This document shows, one piece after another, positions 27,621 through 37,072 of a stretch of DNA of 64,000 bases. The notes below the pieces were generated by a model. It ran no database searches and was not told the DNA's origin. It saw only the letters and a program-made list of their open reading frames with translations. The stretch's first letter is position 1, and every line of letters begins with the position of its first letter. The DNA comes from Candidatus Latescibacterota bacterium (lineage in GTDB: Bacteria > Latescibacterota > UBA2968 > GCA-2709665), in the NCBI GenBank assembly GCA_965219455.1, contig OZ244744.1, positions 3,488,001-3,552,000 on the forward strand, given 5' to 3'. Position numbers and translations under genes: made by a program.

Positions 27621-28085
27621 TCATCCCGAAACCGCCTGAATCCGCTGCCACAATTCCTCTCGTTTCTCCACGGATTGGCACAGGATGAAGATCGTATTCT
27701 CTCCAGCGATCGTACCGACGACCTCGGTCCATCCGGCCCGGTCAATAGCTTCGCACACGCCCTGAGCGTGTCCGGTTATCGTCTTGAGTACGAGTGTATG
27801 TCCCGCCCCGCCCGATTCGACGACGAAATCCCTCAACTCTCTCGCGAGCAGATCCGACCGACTGCCATACGGTTGAGCATCTTCGACCGGCGCCCGATAG
27901 CGAAAACCACCCGCGCCGTCCGGCGACTTTACAATGCCCAGTTGTTTCAAATCTTTCGAGAGCGTGGATTGTGTGGTCGATATTCCCGCTGCTCTGAGCG
28001 CGTCGCTTAACGCCCGTTGGGTCCCGATTGCCCGGGATGCGATGAAGTCGAGAATCCGCCGCTGCCGTTCCTGTTTTTCACGCAT
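27621..28085 (-). CDS. argR: Arginine repressor
   Basis: TQSTLSKDL-QLG, VLKT-G-A, GTIAGENTI. Confidence 0.95.
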   Translation of the reverse strand: MREKQERQRRILDFIASRAIGTQRALSDALRAAGISTTQSTLSKDLKQLGIVKSPDGAGGFRYRAPVEDAQPYGSRSDLLARELRDFVVESGGAGHTLVLKTITGHAQGVCEAIDRAGWTEVVGTIAGENTIFILCQSVEKREELWQRIQAVSG

Positions 28086-28149
28086 GGAATATTATTCCAT
28101 AATATCGGATTATTATTCCAATAATACCCAAAAATTAACCAGAAGTCAA
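28085..28149 (-). promoter_or_regulatory. sigma70 promoter with tandem ARG-box-like operators
   Basis: TTGACT-17-TATTAT on minus; near-palindromes TGGAATATTATTCCA (28085-28099) and CGGATTATTATTCCA (28106-28120), 21 bp apart. Confidence 0.75.
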
Positions 28150-28195
28150 GAATAAATATGCAATATTGCGAATTCTCTGTTGTTTTTTTTCGAAC

Positions 28196-29620
28196 TCAAA
28201 TCTTCACGACCTTTCCCGGATTCATAATATTGTGCGGGTCCAGTGCTTTCTTAATCGCCCGCATCACCTTTACCCCTTCGCCATGTTCATCCTCCAGCGC
28301 TGCCAGTTTACCCATTCCGATCCCGTGTTCACCCGTACAGGTTCCACCCATCTCCAGGGCCAGATCTACGATCCGTTCGCCGAATTCACGGGCTTCGGCA
28401 AGCTCTTCGGGGCGGTTCGGGTCGATCAGAAAAACGACGTGGAAATTCCCGTCGCCTACGTGTCCGAACAGGGGCGCAATCAGTTCTGAAGCCCTCAGTT
28501 CTTCTTTGGTTTTCAAGATACAATCAGCCAGTCTTGAAACCGGAACGCACACGTCCGTCACATATCCCACCGAACCCGGCCGCATGGTCCGCGACGCGTA
28601 ATAGGCGTCGTACCGCGCCTGCCAGAGCCGGTCGCGTTCTTTTTGACCGGTCGCCCATCGGAAGTCTTCACTGCCGTACCTGCCGGCGACCCGCCTGGCC
28701 GCCGCCACGCGCTCGGCAACGGACGTTTCGGAACCGTGGAACTCGAAAAACAGGGTTGGCGCCACCCTGTAGTCAAAACCGGAATAAACGTTGATGGCAC
28801 CCATCTGGATCTCGTCCAGAAGCTCGATCCGGGCCATGGATATTCCCGCTGACATGATTTCAATCACGGTATTCACTGCCGCCGAAATGTCCGGAAACGC
28901 ACAGACTGCCGCGGATACGGCCTCAGGAACCCTTGCCAGCTTCAGAGTCACCTCCGTTATGACGCCCAGGGTGCCCTCAGATCCGACGAACAGATGCGCC
29001 AGATCGTACCCCGCGGACGATTTCCTTGCGCGTCCGCCGGCGTGAATGACACGCCCGTCAGCCAGTATGACCTTCAGTCCCAGGACATTCTCCCGCATCG
29101 TTCCGTAGCTCACCGCCGAACTGCCCGACGCTCGTGTGGCAGCCATTCCACCGAGCGATGCATCCGCTCCAGGATCCACAGGGAAGGTCAGTCCCGTCCG
29201 CGTGTCCGACAAATGCCGGTTAAGCTGCTTCCTGGTCACCCCGGACTCCACCGTTGCGTCCAGGTCTGCTTTGCCTACCCTCAAGATACGATTCATGCGG
29301 CTCATATCGATACATACGCCACCCTGGACGGCGACGATGCCGCCTTCCACTGCGGTCCCTGTCCCATACGGCACCATCGGTGTCCGGTGTTGCGCGCAAA
29401 GCCTCACAATCTGCGACACTTCTTCATTGCAGACGGGAAAGACCACCGCATCCGGCAACCTGGGCGTATGGTACGAAGCGTCCCGGGCGTGGGCTTCCCG
29501 GATTTCCTCGTCCGTATGCATCCGATCGCCCAGCATCAATCGGAGTTCCCCGATGACACCTGCCTGGTTTGGATCCGAAGATCCCCTCGCCGTCCGTCCT
29601 TCGTTCGTCATTCTTATCAA
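28196..29620 (-). CDS. FAD-linked oxidase (D-lactate dehydrogenase/GlcD family)
   Basis: GSEGTLGVIT, GHVGDGNFH, GEHGIG, LDPHNIMNPGK. Confidence 0.92.
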   Translation of the reverse strand: MIRMTNEGRTARGSSDPNQAGVIGELRLMLGDRMHTDEEIREAHARDASYHTPRLPDAVVFPVCNEEVSQIVRLCAQHRTPMVPYGTGTAVEGGIVAVQGGVCIDMSRMNRILRVGKADLDATVESGVTRKQLNRHLSDTRTGLTFPVDPGADASLGGMAATRASGSSAVSYGTMRENVLGLKVILADGRVIHAGGRARKSSAGYDLAHLFVGSEGTLGVITEVTLKLARVPEAVSAAVCAFPDISAAVNTVIEIMSAGISMARIELLDEIQMGAINVYSGFDYRVAPTLFFEFHGSETSVAERVAAARRVAGRYGSEDFRWATGQKERDRLWQARYDAYYASRTMRPGSVGYVTDVCVPVSRLADCILKTKEELRASELIAPLFGHVGDGNFHVVFLIDPNRPEELAEAREFGERIVDLALEMGGTCTGEHGIGMGKLAALEDEHGEGVKVMRAIKKALDPHNIMNPGKVVKI

Positions 29621-32019
29621 CCTTCTATCGAGCCGCCTTCACGATTCTTCAGGTAGCGGGCCAGCCATTCCGTCATCTCCCAGAATACATGCATTACCGA
29701 TTCCCGCGCTCTGTAGCCGTGGCTCTCGTGGGGCAGCATCACCAGGCGGGTTGTCGCGCCGTGACCCTTCAGCGCGTTGTAGAGCCGCTCGCTCTGCATG
29801 GGAAACGTCCCGGAATTGTCGTCGGCGTGGCCATGGATCAACAACAGCGGCGCCCTGATTTTATCGGCGTGCATGAATGCGGACATGGCAAAATAGACCT
29901 CTGGCGCCTGCCAGAACGTGCGCTCTTCCGACTGGAAACCGAACGGCGTCAGCGTACGGTTGTACGCGCCGCTCCGGGCAATGCCCGCCCGGAACAGATC
30001 GCAATGCGCAAGTAGATTGGCAGTCATAAACCCGCCATAGGAATGGCCCCCGATCGCGATGCGGTTACGGTCTGCAACGCCCCTACGCACGACTTCCTCC
30101 ACCGCCGCCTCAGCGCTGGATACCAGCTGGGTTACGTACGAATCGTTGGCTTCCTGGCCGTCTTGTCCCACAATCGGCATGGTGGGGCCGTCCAGGACCG
30201 CATATCCCTGTGTCAACCATGGCAGGGGCGACGTCCAGGTCACAGGGGTGAATCGGTACGGAGACCCCGTCACCTGCCCGGCGGCATCGGCGCTCTTGAA
30301 CTCACGCGGATACGCCCACATCAGCAAGGGCAACGGACCCTGCCCATCGGAATACCCCGGCGGCAAATAAAGGGTGCCGTTCATGCCAATCCCGTCCGCC
30401 CGCCGGTAATGAATGATCTCCTTCCGAACCTTCGAAAGCCGTGGCGCCGGGTGGGGAAACGCCGTCAGCTGTCGGACGCCACCGGATTTCAGCGCCCGCA
30501 AAAACACGTTTGGCGGGCTTTCGGCCGACTCACGCAACGTCAACAACAGACAATCGGTTTCATTTATCAACTTGACGGGGCGTTCGTAATACGGCGGTTC
30601 GCATTGCCACAACCGCTTTGTCGCTTTCGTGTTCAGGTCGAGCCGGTCCATGAATGGGAAATCCCCGTCCGGAGATGCCCCGCCGCCCGCCAGGAAAAGA
30701 TGCCCGCCGCCATCACCCGTCAACAACACACGCCGCCCTTCGGGATTTGACTTCAACAGCGGCGTACCCGGATCTCCGTACCTGTCTTCCCACGACCGGT
30801 CGAAAAGCAACTCACGGTCAGTGGTTTCCGCATCGGGTGCAAACCGCCAGGTCCTCGTCCGGCGGGTCTTCCACCACCGCTCGGTTACCAGCGCCGTCGC
30901 GCCGTCTCCCCAGGTCAACCCGGCGTACCGAAATTCAAGAGACTGCAACAACGCCGGTGCGCCCTCAAAAGGCTCGGATAGCGCGTACACGCGATCCCTC
31001 ACGTCGGTCGCTACGGACGGGTCGCCGCCATCCTGCGCCTCCACCCAGCACACCGTCGCCTCCGCGTCATCGCGCCACCGGAACGAGCGCGGGCCCTCGG
31101 GTACGGCGTCAAACGCGACGGGTACATTTTCCGCCAGGGGGGCATCGACCAGTTCGCGAACGACCCGGCCAACCCTATCCCGGACTTCAACCCGAACGGG
31201 AAACCGATAGTGCGGCACCAGATAGGAAAACGGCCGGTGGAGGGTCTCCACCAGTAGAAAGGCGCCTCCCGGCGCCGGCTCGGCCCGGCGAATGGTTCCC
31301 GGCGCGCCCACCTCCCGTTCGGTTCCATCCGAAGTGATTACAACGAGCCGGGACGCCGCATAGGTTTCGAAGAGCGCTTCGTCGTGCGCCCCTTTCAACA
31401 GATCCTGATAGGTCCGCGACGGCGCCAACTGCCCCGCATTCTCCCGTATCTCCGGCCCGACGGGAAACGCAGGCGCCACGGGAATTTCACCCGGGTCTTC
31501 CAACACCGCCCGGACGATCAGCGAACCGACGTCCCCCCTTCCCTGTCCGGAGGGTATCCAGGCGAACGGCGCGCCGAAGACCCCGTTTAAACGGATGTCC
31601 GATACCCGCCGCGACACCCCGGAATCCACGTTGGCCAGCCACAGCCTGATCCCGCAGCCGTCGCGGACCCCAAAGGCGAAAGAACCACCGTCCGGCGCCC
31701 ATCGCGGCCATGCAATCCGGGTCTCCGGCGGCAGACCCGTCACAGGGCGCTGCAATCCATCGGAAATCCGTACCAGCGTCAGTCCCGTATAGTACCCCGA
31801 CCGGCTCAGCCCGTTGGCGCCGGGGTCGATACGCAGGCCCGCCAGGCGCAACTCCGGCCGGGCCAATTCAGAGATGGGCGGCAGGCTCGGCTTCGTGAGC
31901 ACGAGCATCCACCGCCCACCGGGGTCAACGCTGATATCCGGTGATGTTGGCGCGTCCAGAATCGCCGCAATCTCGCCCGGCGGCAACCGGTATTCGGGCG
32001 CTATAGTCGTCTGGTCCAT
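29617..32019 (-). CDS. S9 family peptidase (glutamyl endopeptidase-like)
   Basis: GHSYGG nucleophile, ARSGAYNRTLTPFGFQ, DDNSGT, HESHGY. Confidence 0.92.
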   Translation of the reverse strand: MDQTTIAPEYRLPPGEIAAILDAPTSPDISVDPGGRWMLVLTKPSLPPISELARPELRLAGLRIDPGANGLSRSGYYTGLTLVRISDGLQRPVTGLPPETRIAWPRWAPDGGSFAFGVRDGCGIRLWLANVDSGVSRRVSDIRLNGVFGAPFAWIPSGQGRGDVGSLIVRAVLEDPGEIPVAPAFPVGPEIRENAGQLAPSRTYQDLLKGAHDEALFETYAASRLVVITSDGTEREVGAPGTIRRAEPAPGGAFLLVETLHRPFSYLVPHYRFPVRVEVRDRVGRVVRELVDAPLAENVPVAFDAVPEGPRSFRWRDDAEATVCWVEAQDGGDPSVATDVRDRVYALSEPFEGAPALLQSLEFRYAGLTWGDGATALVTERWWKTRRTRTWRFAPDAETTDRELLFDRSWEDRYGDPGTPLLKSNPEGRRVLLTGDGGGHLFLAGGGASPDGDFPFMDRLDLNTKATKRLWQCEPPYYERPVKLINETDCLLLTLRESAESPPNVFLRALKSGGVRQLTAFPHPAPRLSKVRKEIIHYRRADGIGMNGTLYLPPGYSDGQGPLPLLMWAYPREFKSADAAGQVTGSPYRFTPVTWTSPLPWLTQGYAVLDGPTMPIVGQDGQEANDSYVTQLVSSAEAAVEEVVRRGVADRNRIAIGGHSYGGFMTANLLAHCDLFRAGIARSGAYNRTLTPFGFQSEERTFWQAPEVYFAMSAFMHADKIRAPLLLIHGHADDNSGTFPMQSERLYNALKGHGATTRLVMLPHESHGYRARESVMHVFWEMTEWLARYLKNREGGSIEG

Positions 32020-32083
32020 CCCACTCTCCGGTTATGTCAACAAGCAAGCCGGGAAATAGCCCGTATTGCCGGCGAGCGCCGGC

Positions 32084-33190
32084 CTACAACGCGATTGCCT
32101 CCAATCCGTCCGCGAGCCGCTGCTCGTTCACGTCGTCAATCCGCCAGGGCACCACGGAACCGTCCGCCCGATACCTATTATAGTAGCCGCCCTCGTAACG
32201 GGCGATCGGCATCAATGTCTTCCCCGAACGGACGTCAGTCAGCGTCTGCCGGTCCATCGTCCCGCCGCCGGCCAGGTCCACCACCTCGATCTCATCCAGC
32301 CTGTTGCTGCCCAGGCCGCGCAGGGCCGCAAATCTCAAATAGGGCGTCGTTTCCGGATCCAGCCCCATCAGATACGTCGCAACCGCGTCCACGTGTACCT
32401 CGTTCTCCCCTATAAGCGTCCAACCCAGCGGATGGTTCTCACCTTCGTTAAACGCGGTGCCATCCCTTCCGACCAACCCGTCGACCATACAAAGCCGGGG
32501 GATTTTCAGTGAACGCAGGGCGGCAACCAGGTCGCACAATTTGTGGTAAAACCGGTCTTCGAAGAGGCTCAACCCGCTCTCGGTCAGCCGCCAGATTCCG
32601 CTTTCGTACGGCCGGTCGACATCCTGTATATGACACAGGTGTCGCTCCGGCCGCGCCAGGATTCCCATCAGGTTCTTGATGGCCAGGGTCGTACATCCCA
32701 GGTTGTGGCATTTCGCCAGCGGCACATTGAAAAAAAACGCGCAGTCCGTCACGTCCCGATAGATCGGATAGGATTCGAATACCACCCCGCCGGGCACCGG
32801 GACCCGCCTGCTGGGCCGGTCGTTCAATGCGGTCAGCGTCAGCTTTCCGCCGACCGCCATCTTCGTGTACCCCGCGCCCTTCCACGTATTCCCACTGTCC
32901 GGCTGTTCGCCGGATTGTCCGTCCGCGACCACCAGTCTGCTCGCGTCGGCTCCTTTCTCCACGAGCGCGTCGGCCATACCCGCCAGAAAGCCCGGGTGGG
33001 TTACAATTCGTTTCTGTGCGGGAAACAGAACCGTCGCATTCGGCTTGAGCAGTACCGTGCCTGCCTCGGGAAGCGCCAGGTCCACGTTCCTCAATGCCTC
33101 ATGGGCAAGGTCCCGGTATGCCTCGAAAGGCGCTTCGTTTTCGGTTATTTCGGCTCGAAACAAGTAGACTTTATCGCCGTCTATCCGCAT
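32084..33190 (-). CDS. DUF362 family protein
   Basis: VLLKPN, THP, K-H...TLAIKNLMG. Confidence 0.85.
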   Translation of the reverse strand: MRIDGDKVYLFRAEITENEAPFEAYRDLAHEALRNVDLALPEAGTVLLKPNATVLFPAQKRIVTHPGFLAGMADALVEKGADASRLVVADGQSGEQPDSGNTWKGAGYTKMAVGGKLTLTALNDRPSRRVPVPGGVVFESYPIYRDVTDCAFFFNVPLAKCHNLGCTTLAIKNLMGILARPERHLCHIQDVDRPYESGIWRLTESGLSLFEDRFYHKLCDLVAALRSLKIPRLCMVDGLVGRDGTAFNEGENHPLGWTLIGENEVHVDAVATYLMGLDPETTPYLRFAALRGLGSNRLDEIEVVDLAGGGTMDRQTLTDVRSGKTLMPIARYEGGYYNRYRADGSVVPWRIDDVNEQRLADGLEAIAL

Positions 33191-33516
33191 CCTGGCCTCC
33201 TCGCGCAGGGCTCGATTGCCCTGCTTCCGTTGCGCCGGAATTCGACCGCAAACGTCACGGCGTCAATCCATTCGCTTGATTCAACTCCCCTCGACCTCAC
33301 CTATAGCATATCGGCTGACACCCATACAGCAGGTGCGTATCGGGGCACTTTGAACGCTCTTGATTTTAAAAACACATCAGCATATATTCACACGATTACA
33401 CACGTCATATACTGCCCGGTTGTCTCAGGTGATGGAAAACCGACTCAACACTGAGCTGTGGCCGCCATACCGAATTTTTACTAATCTTTTGATTGTACGC
33501 CAGATGCCTTTTAAAA

Positions 33517-33753
33517 ATGCCAACTATCAGAGACATTGCCGGTCCCTATCGATTTTTCTTCTTTAGCTTCGACTGCAATGAACCGAAACATATACACGTT
33601 CAGCGTGAAAAACGGATCTGCAAATTCTGGCTCGAACCCATTTGTCTGTGCAAAAATTCGGGTTTTTCTTCTCATGAACTCAATCGAATTCGCCGAGTAA
33701 TTCAAGCCAATCTAATTCTTATTTTGGAGAACTGGGATGAACATTGCGGGTAG
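33517..33753 (+). CDS. DUF4160 family protein (putative toxin-like partner)
   Basis: YRFFFFS-D-NEPKHIHV...KFWLEP; low GC. Confidence 0.85.
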   Translation: MPTIRDIAGPYRFFFFSFDCNEPKHIHVQREKRICKFWLEPICLCKNSGFSSHELNRIRRVIQANLILILENWDEHCG

Positions 33754-34003
33754 TCCGGAACCGAGAATTCAGATTCTCCGGGTTACTGATGACTTCATTA
33801 CAGCCGACTTTGTTGATGGTCGTACAATCAGTGTTCCTCTTGTCTGGTCGTGGCGGCTGTCGGAGGCCACGCCGGAGGAACGCGCCAACCACGAAATTAT
33901 TGGCGATGGAATCGGGGTTCGCTGGCCTGACGTTGATGAAGATATAAGCGCTCAGGGGCTGTTGGCAGGTGTTCCGGCTCGACCTCCCAAACACACCGTT
34001 TGA
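33737..34003 (+). CDS. DUF2442 family protein (putative antitoxin-like partner)
   Basis: DGRTISVPL-W-RL-AT-ER...G-G-WPDVDEDIS-GLL. Confidence 0.88.
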   Translation: MNIAGSPEPRIQILRVTDDFITADFVDGRTISVPLVWSWRLSEATPEERANHEIIGDGIGVRWPDVDEDISAQGLLAGVPARPPKHTV

Positions 34004-34108
34004 ATCAGTCATTCCGTATCTTTTGATGCCACGCCGTCGCGGATCAAATGCGGGTACGATTGACGCGCCGTTGCCGTCATCCGGCCGTTTTCAGCCAATG
34101 TCCATTCT

Positions 34109-34876
34109 TCATCGTATCGCACGCAGTACAATTTCCCTGCTGCGTCTGAGTGCATCCGGAGGATCCGGCAGACCGGGGTGTAACTCCAGACTCAGACCGC
34201 CGCGGTAGCCGATATCCCTCAAGGCGGCAAGGCTATCGGTCAGCACCGCTTCGGTGAGCATTCCGTCCGTCAGACCCAGGTGCAAATCACGCGATCCGTC
34301 ATTGTCGTCCAGATGGACGTAACCCAGCAGGGCTCCCGCGTCCGAAATCACCGAGGCCGGGTCTTCGCCGGACATCTGCGCGTGGCCGATATCCAGCAGC
34401 AGGAACAGGTTAGGATGTCCCACGTCCCGCAAGAAGGCAATCGTTCCGGAGGCTGTGGGCAGCGCGGAACCCGGGAAGTGTTCCACGCACAACCGCATAC
34501 CCAATTCGTCGGCGCGTTCGGCCACCCTCTTCAATTCCCCCGCGTATCTATCCAGAGACGCCGGGTCTTCCTCCGGAACGACGTAGGCCGCGGACGCTCC
34601 CAGACCGGCTCCATAGGCCAGCGTCCGATCGTAATAGGATGCGGCCCTCGATCCGGAGTCCCGGTCGGAACTGCTCAGGCTTGCGCCTTCCGGCAATCCG
34701 AACGATGCCGCAATACAGGAAACCGAGAGTCCGTGTTCCCGGATTTTCAGCCGCGCCTTGTCCGAAGAAAAAGCGAACGGCCTTACGTCGATCCACTCAA
34801 ATCCCAGCGCGGCCGCCCGCGCCGGAATCCCGTTTTCGGAACCCCCGATGGCCCATACGCAACACGCAAGATTCAT
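34109..34876 (-). CDS. Sugar phosphate isomerase/epimerase (AP endonuclease 2 TIM barrel)
   Basis: VEH, LDIGH, VHLDDN, LSLE metal ligands. Confidence 0.85.
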   Translation of the reverse strand: MNLACCVWAIGGSENGIPARAAALGFEWIDVRPFAFSSDKARLKIREHGLSVSCIAASFGLPEGASLSSSDRDSGSRAASYYDRTLAYGAGLGASAAYVVPEEDPASLDRYAGELKRVAERADELGMRLCVEHFPGSALPTASGTIAFLRDVGHPNLFLLLDIGHAQMSGEDPASVISDAGALLGYVHLDDNDGSRDLHLGLTDGMLTEAVLTDSLAALRDIGYRGGLSLELHPGLPDPPDALRRSREIVLRAIR

Positions 34877-35886
34877 CCTGGCGTCTCCCGCATCCGAATC
34901 GCGTCTTCCACCATATCATACACCGTGTACCTGGCTTCGTAGCCCAGCATACGTTTCGCCTTGTCACTGGTGATATACCAGGGCCGTCGGGCGGTTGGAA
35001 TACAGGCCTTTGCATGCGGCAATTTCAAACGCGCAGCCAGGAACGAAACGAACGCCTCCGCGCAGTGTGGTTCGCGTCCCCCCAGATTGAATACCTGTCC
35101 CACCGCCGCCGTCGTCCCCAGCACGCGGATACATCCCGCTGCGATATCGCGCGCATCCGCCCACTGCCGAACCTCGGCGCTCCCGTTGCAATCAGCATAG
35201 ACGACGAGTTGCTCGACACCGGAATACAACGCTTCCAGGATCGTGAGCGTCTTCGACGGCGCGCCATTCGCCGCAGTCGTTACCCTGAAGTGCTCAATCG
35301 ACGCGCTCAGAAACAACCAGCGCGCGAATACGCTATTCGGATCGATGAGTTCCGCGGCGTCCGCCGTTGCGCCAAATCGTAATATCGTTACCGGTAAGCC
35401 AAAACCGCGACGGAAACTCAGACAGAGTTCCTCCGCGCCAATCTTGCTTGCGCCATACACCGAACCCGCCAGCCGGGGATGGTCTTCATCCACCGGCAGA
35501 TAGCGGGGGTCCGAATCCGGCCTTTCGAAATAGACGGCATCGCTGCTGGCGTAAACAAAGTGTGCCAGCGCGGGCGCCCGGTCGCGCACGGCCTTCAGCA
35601 GATGAAATGTACCCTGGAGATTCACCCGCACGAATTCCTCCTCCCGGCAGCCTCGAGACGTCAATGCACCGGCCAGGTGAAAAACTGCATCCACACCCTC
35701 CACCGCGGGTTCAAGCGAGGCAGGTTCTTCGAGCCGTCCGAAAACGACCTCCACGTCCGATGCCAGATCCGCCGCCCGATGGTCCCGAGGCATTGCCAGC
35801 GCCCGGACGGTATGCCCTGCCCCGGCCAGCGCACGTACCAGGTGTTGTCCGATTCGGCCCGTCGCCCCGGTTACAAGTGCACGCAC
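34873..35886 (-). CDS. NAD-dependent epimerase/dehydratase
   Basis: VTGATGRIG, ASS, YGASK. Confidence 0.9.
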   Translation of the reverse strand: MRALVTGATGRIGQHLVRALAGAGHTVRALAMPRDHRAADLASDVEVVFGRLEEPASLEPAVEGVDAVFHLAGALTSRGCREEEFVRVNLQGTFHLLKAVRDRAPALAHFVYASSDAVYFERPDSDPRYLPVDEDHPRLAGSVYGASKIGAEELCLSFRRGFGLPVTILRFGATADAAELIDPNSVFARWLFLSASIEHFRVTTAANGAPSKTLTILEALYSGVEQLVVYADCNGSAEVRQWADARDIAAGCIRVLGTTAAVGQVFNLGGREPHCAEAFVSFLAARLKLPHAKACIPTARRPWYITSDKAKRMLGYEARYTVYDMVEDAIRMRETPG

Positions 35887-35898
35887 GATGCATCCTCC

Positions 35899-36903
35899 TT
35901 AAGACCGGGAACCGAGACCGCCGATCAACGTGTCCACATGCATGACAAATTCCAGCGTCAGTTCGATGCGCGATCCCAATGTCTCGTATCCGGTCCAGTG
36001 CCAGCACCCCTCCGGCTGCCGGGTCTGAATGTACCAGTGGCCCATGCGGCCTGCCCAGTCCAGATAAGCGCGTTCGCCGGTTAGTTGATACAGAAGCGAA
36101 GCTCCCCAACTGCTTTTGCAGACCTGCGCGTACTTGAACTGTGCATCCGTCGCTGCCATTGAAAAGGCCTGGTAACGTCGCGCCAGCGCCAGGTATTCGG
36201 GGCGAGGCTCCGCCAGGTAAAGTCGACACAGAAACCCGGCCGCGATGCCGCCGACGGTCCAGCGTTGCGGACGGTCCGCAGGGTTGTGCACCACGTGCAA
36301 GAAGGCCTTATCATCCGTAAAGTCGGTGATCACGCCGCCGTCTTTACACGACCAGGCATAGTAGAACCGATCGGGTAATTCCGTCTGCGCTGAATACATT
36401 CGCTGCAAAAAACGATAAACCGAACCCGCGATATCCAGTTGACCGGTTGCAAGGCACGCCAACCCGGGACCGCACGCGTACGGAATATCCATGCGGTCGC
36501 TCATGCCGCCGTCTGCCATGCGGTCGTTGCGAAAACCGCCCGATGCACGATCCTGCCATGACAGCAGATCCGGCATCAACCCATAGCTCAGATCATACTG
36601 CCGCGCGAGATGCGCGCCGATAATCAGTGTGGCGTTCCGGTAGGCGTAGGCATCGTCGAACACGCGATACGGCCCCTCGATCCTACCCTCCGCGGTCAAC
36701 ATCTCCCGCCGGATCCAATTGCAGACCGCGGCCGCCGCCCCGGATTCGCCGACAATCGAAAACGTCCACGGCGCCCGGTAAATATGAAAACCTTCGGTCG
36801 GATCTCCCAGGGAGCCATCCGCATTCAGATGCCTCATCAACCATGCCACGCCCTTCCGACGGACCTCGTCGAGCGCACCCATTAACTTCCGTCGTCCGGT
36901 CAT
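35899..36903 (-). CDS. Hypothetical protein, probable alpha/alpha-barrel
   Basis: QW-like repeats (LNADGS, QDRASGGF, QPEGCW) and LYQLTGE-YL. Confidence 0.7.
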   Translation of the reverse strand: MTGRRKLMGALDEVRRKGVAWLMRHLNADGSLGDPTEGFHIYRAPWTFSIVGESGAAAAVCNWIRREMLTAEGRIEGPYRVFDDAYAYRNATLIIGAHLARQYDLSYGLMPDLLSWQDRASGGFRNDRMADGGMSDRMDIPYACGPGLACLATGQLDIAGSVYRFLQRMYSAQTELPDRFYYAWSCKDGGVITDFTDDKAFLHVVHNPADRPQRWTVGGIAAGFLCRLYLAEPRPEYLALARRYQAFSMAATDAQFKYAQVCKSSWGASLLYQLTGERAYLDWAGRMGHWYIQTRQPEGCWHWTGYETLGSRIELTLEFVMHVDTLIGGLGSRS

Positions 36904-37072
36904 CGAAAAACCCAACCCAGCCCTGCGGACAGGGCGGCCGATCCGCGATCGCGCGTGTCGGCAAGAACGTGTTTCAAATCCAGCCGTCCTTTCATGCCGC
37001 GAGTGAACCGCCTGGACACTGTCAGCCCGTGCATAAAACGCTGCGTGGCGTTTCGACCGTCGCCCGCGACGT

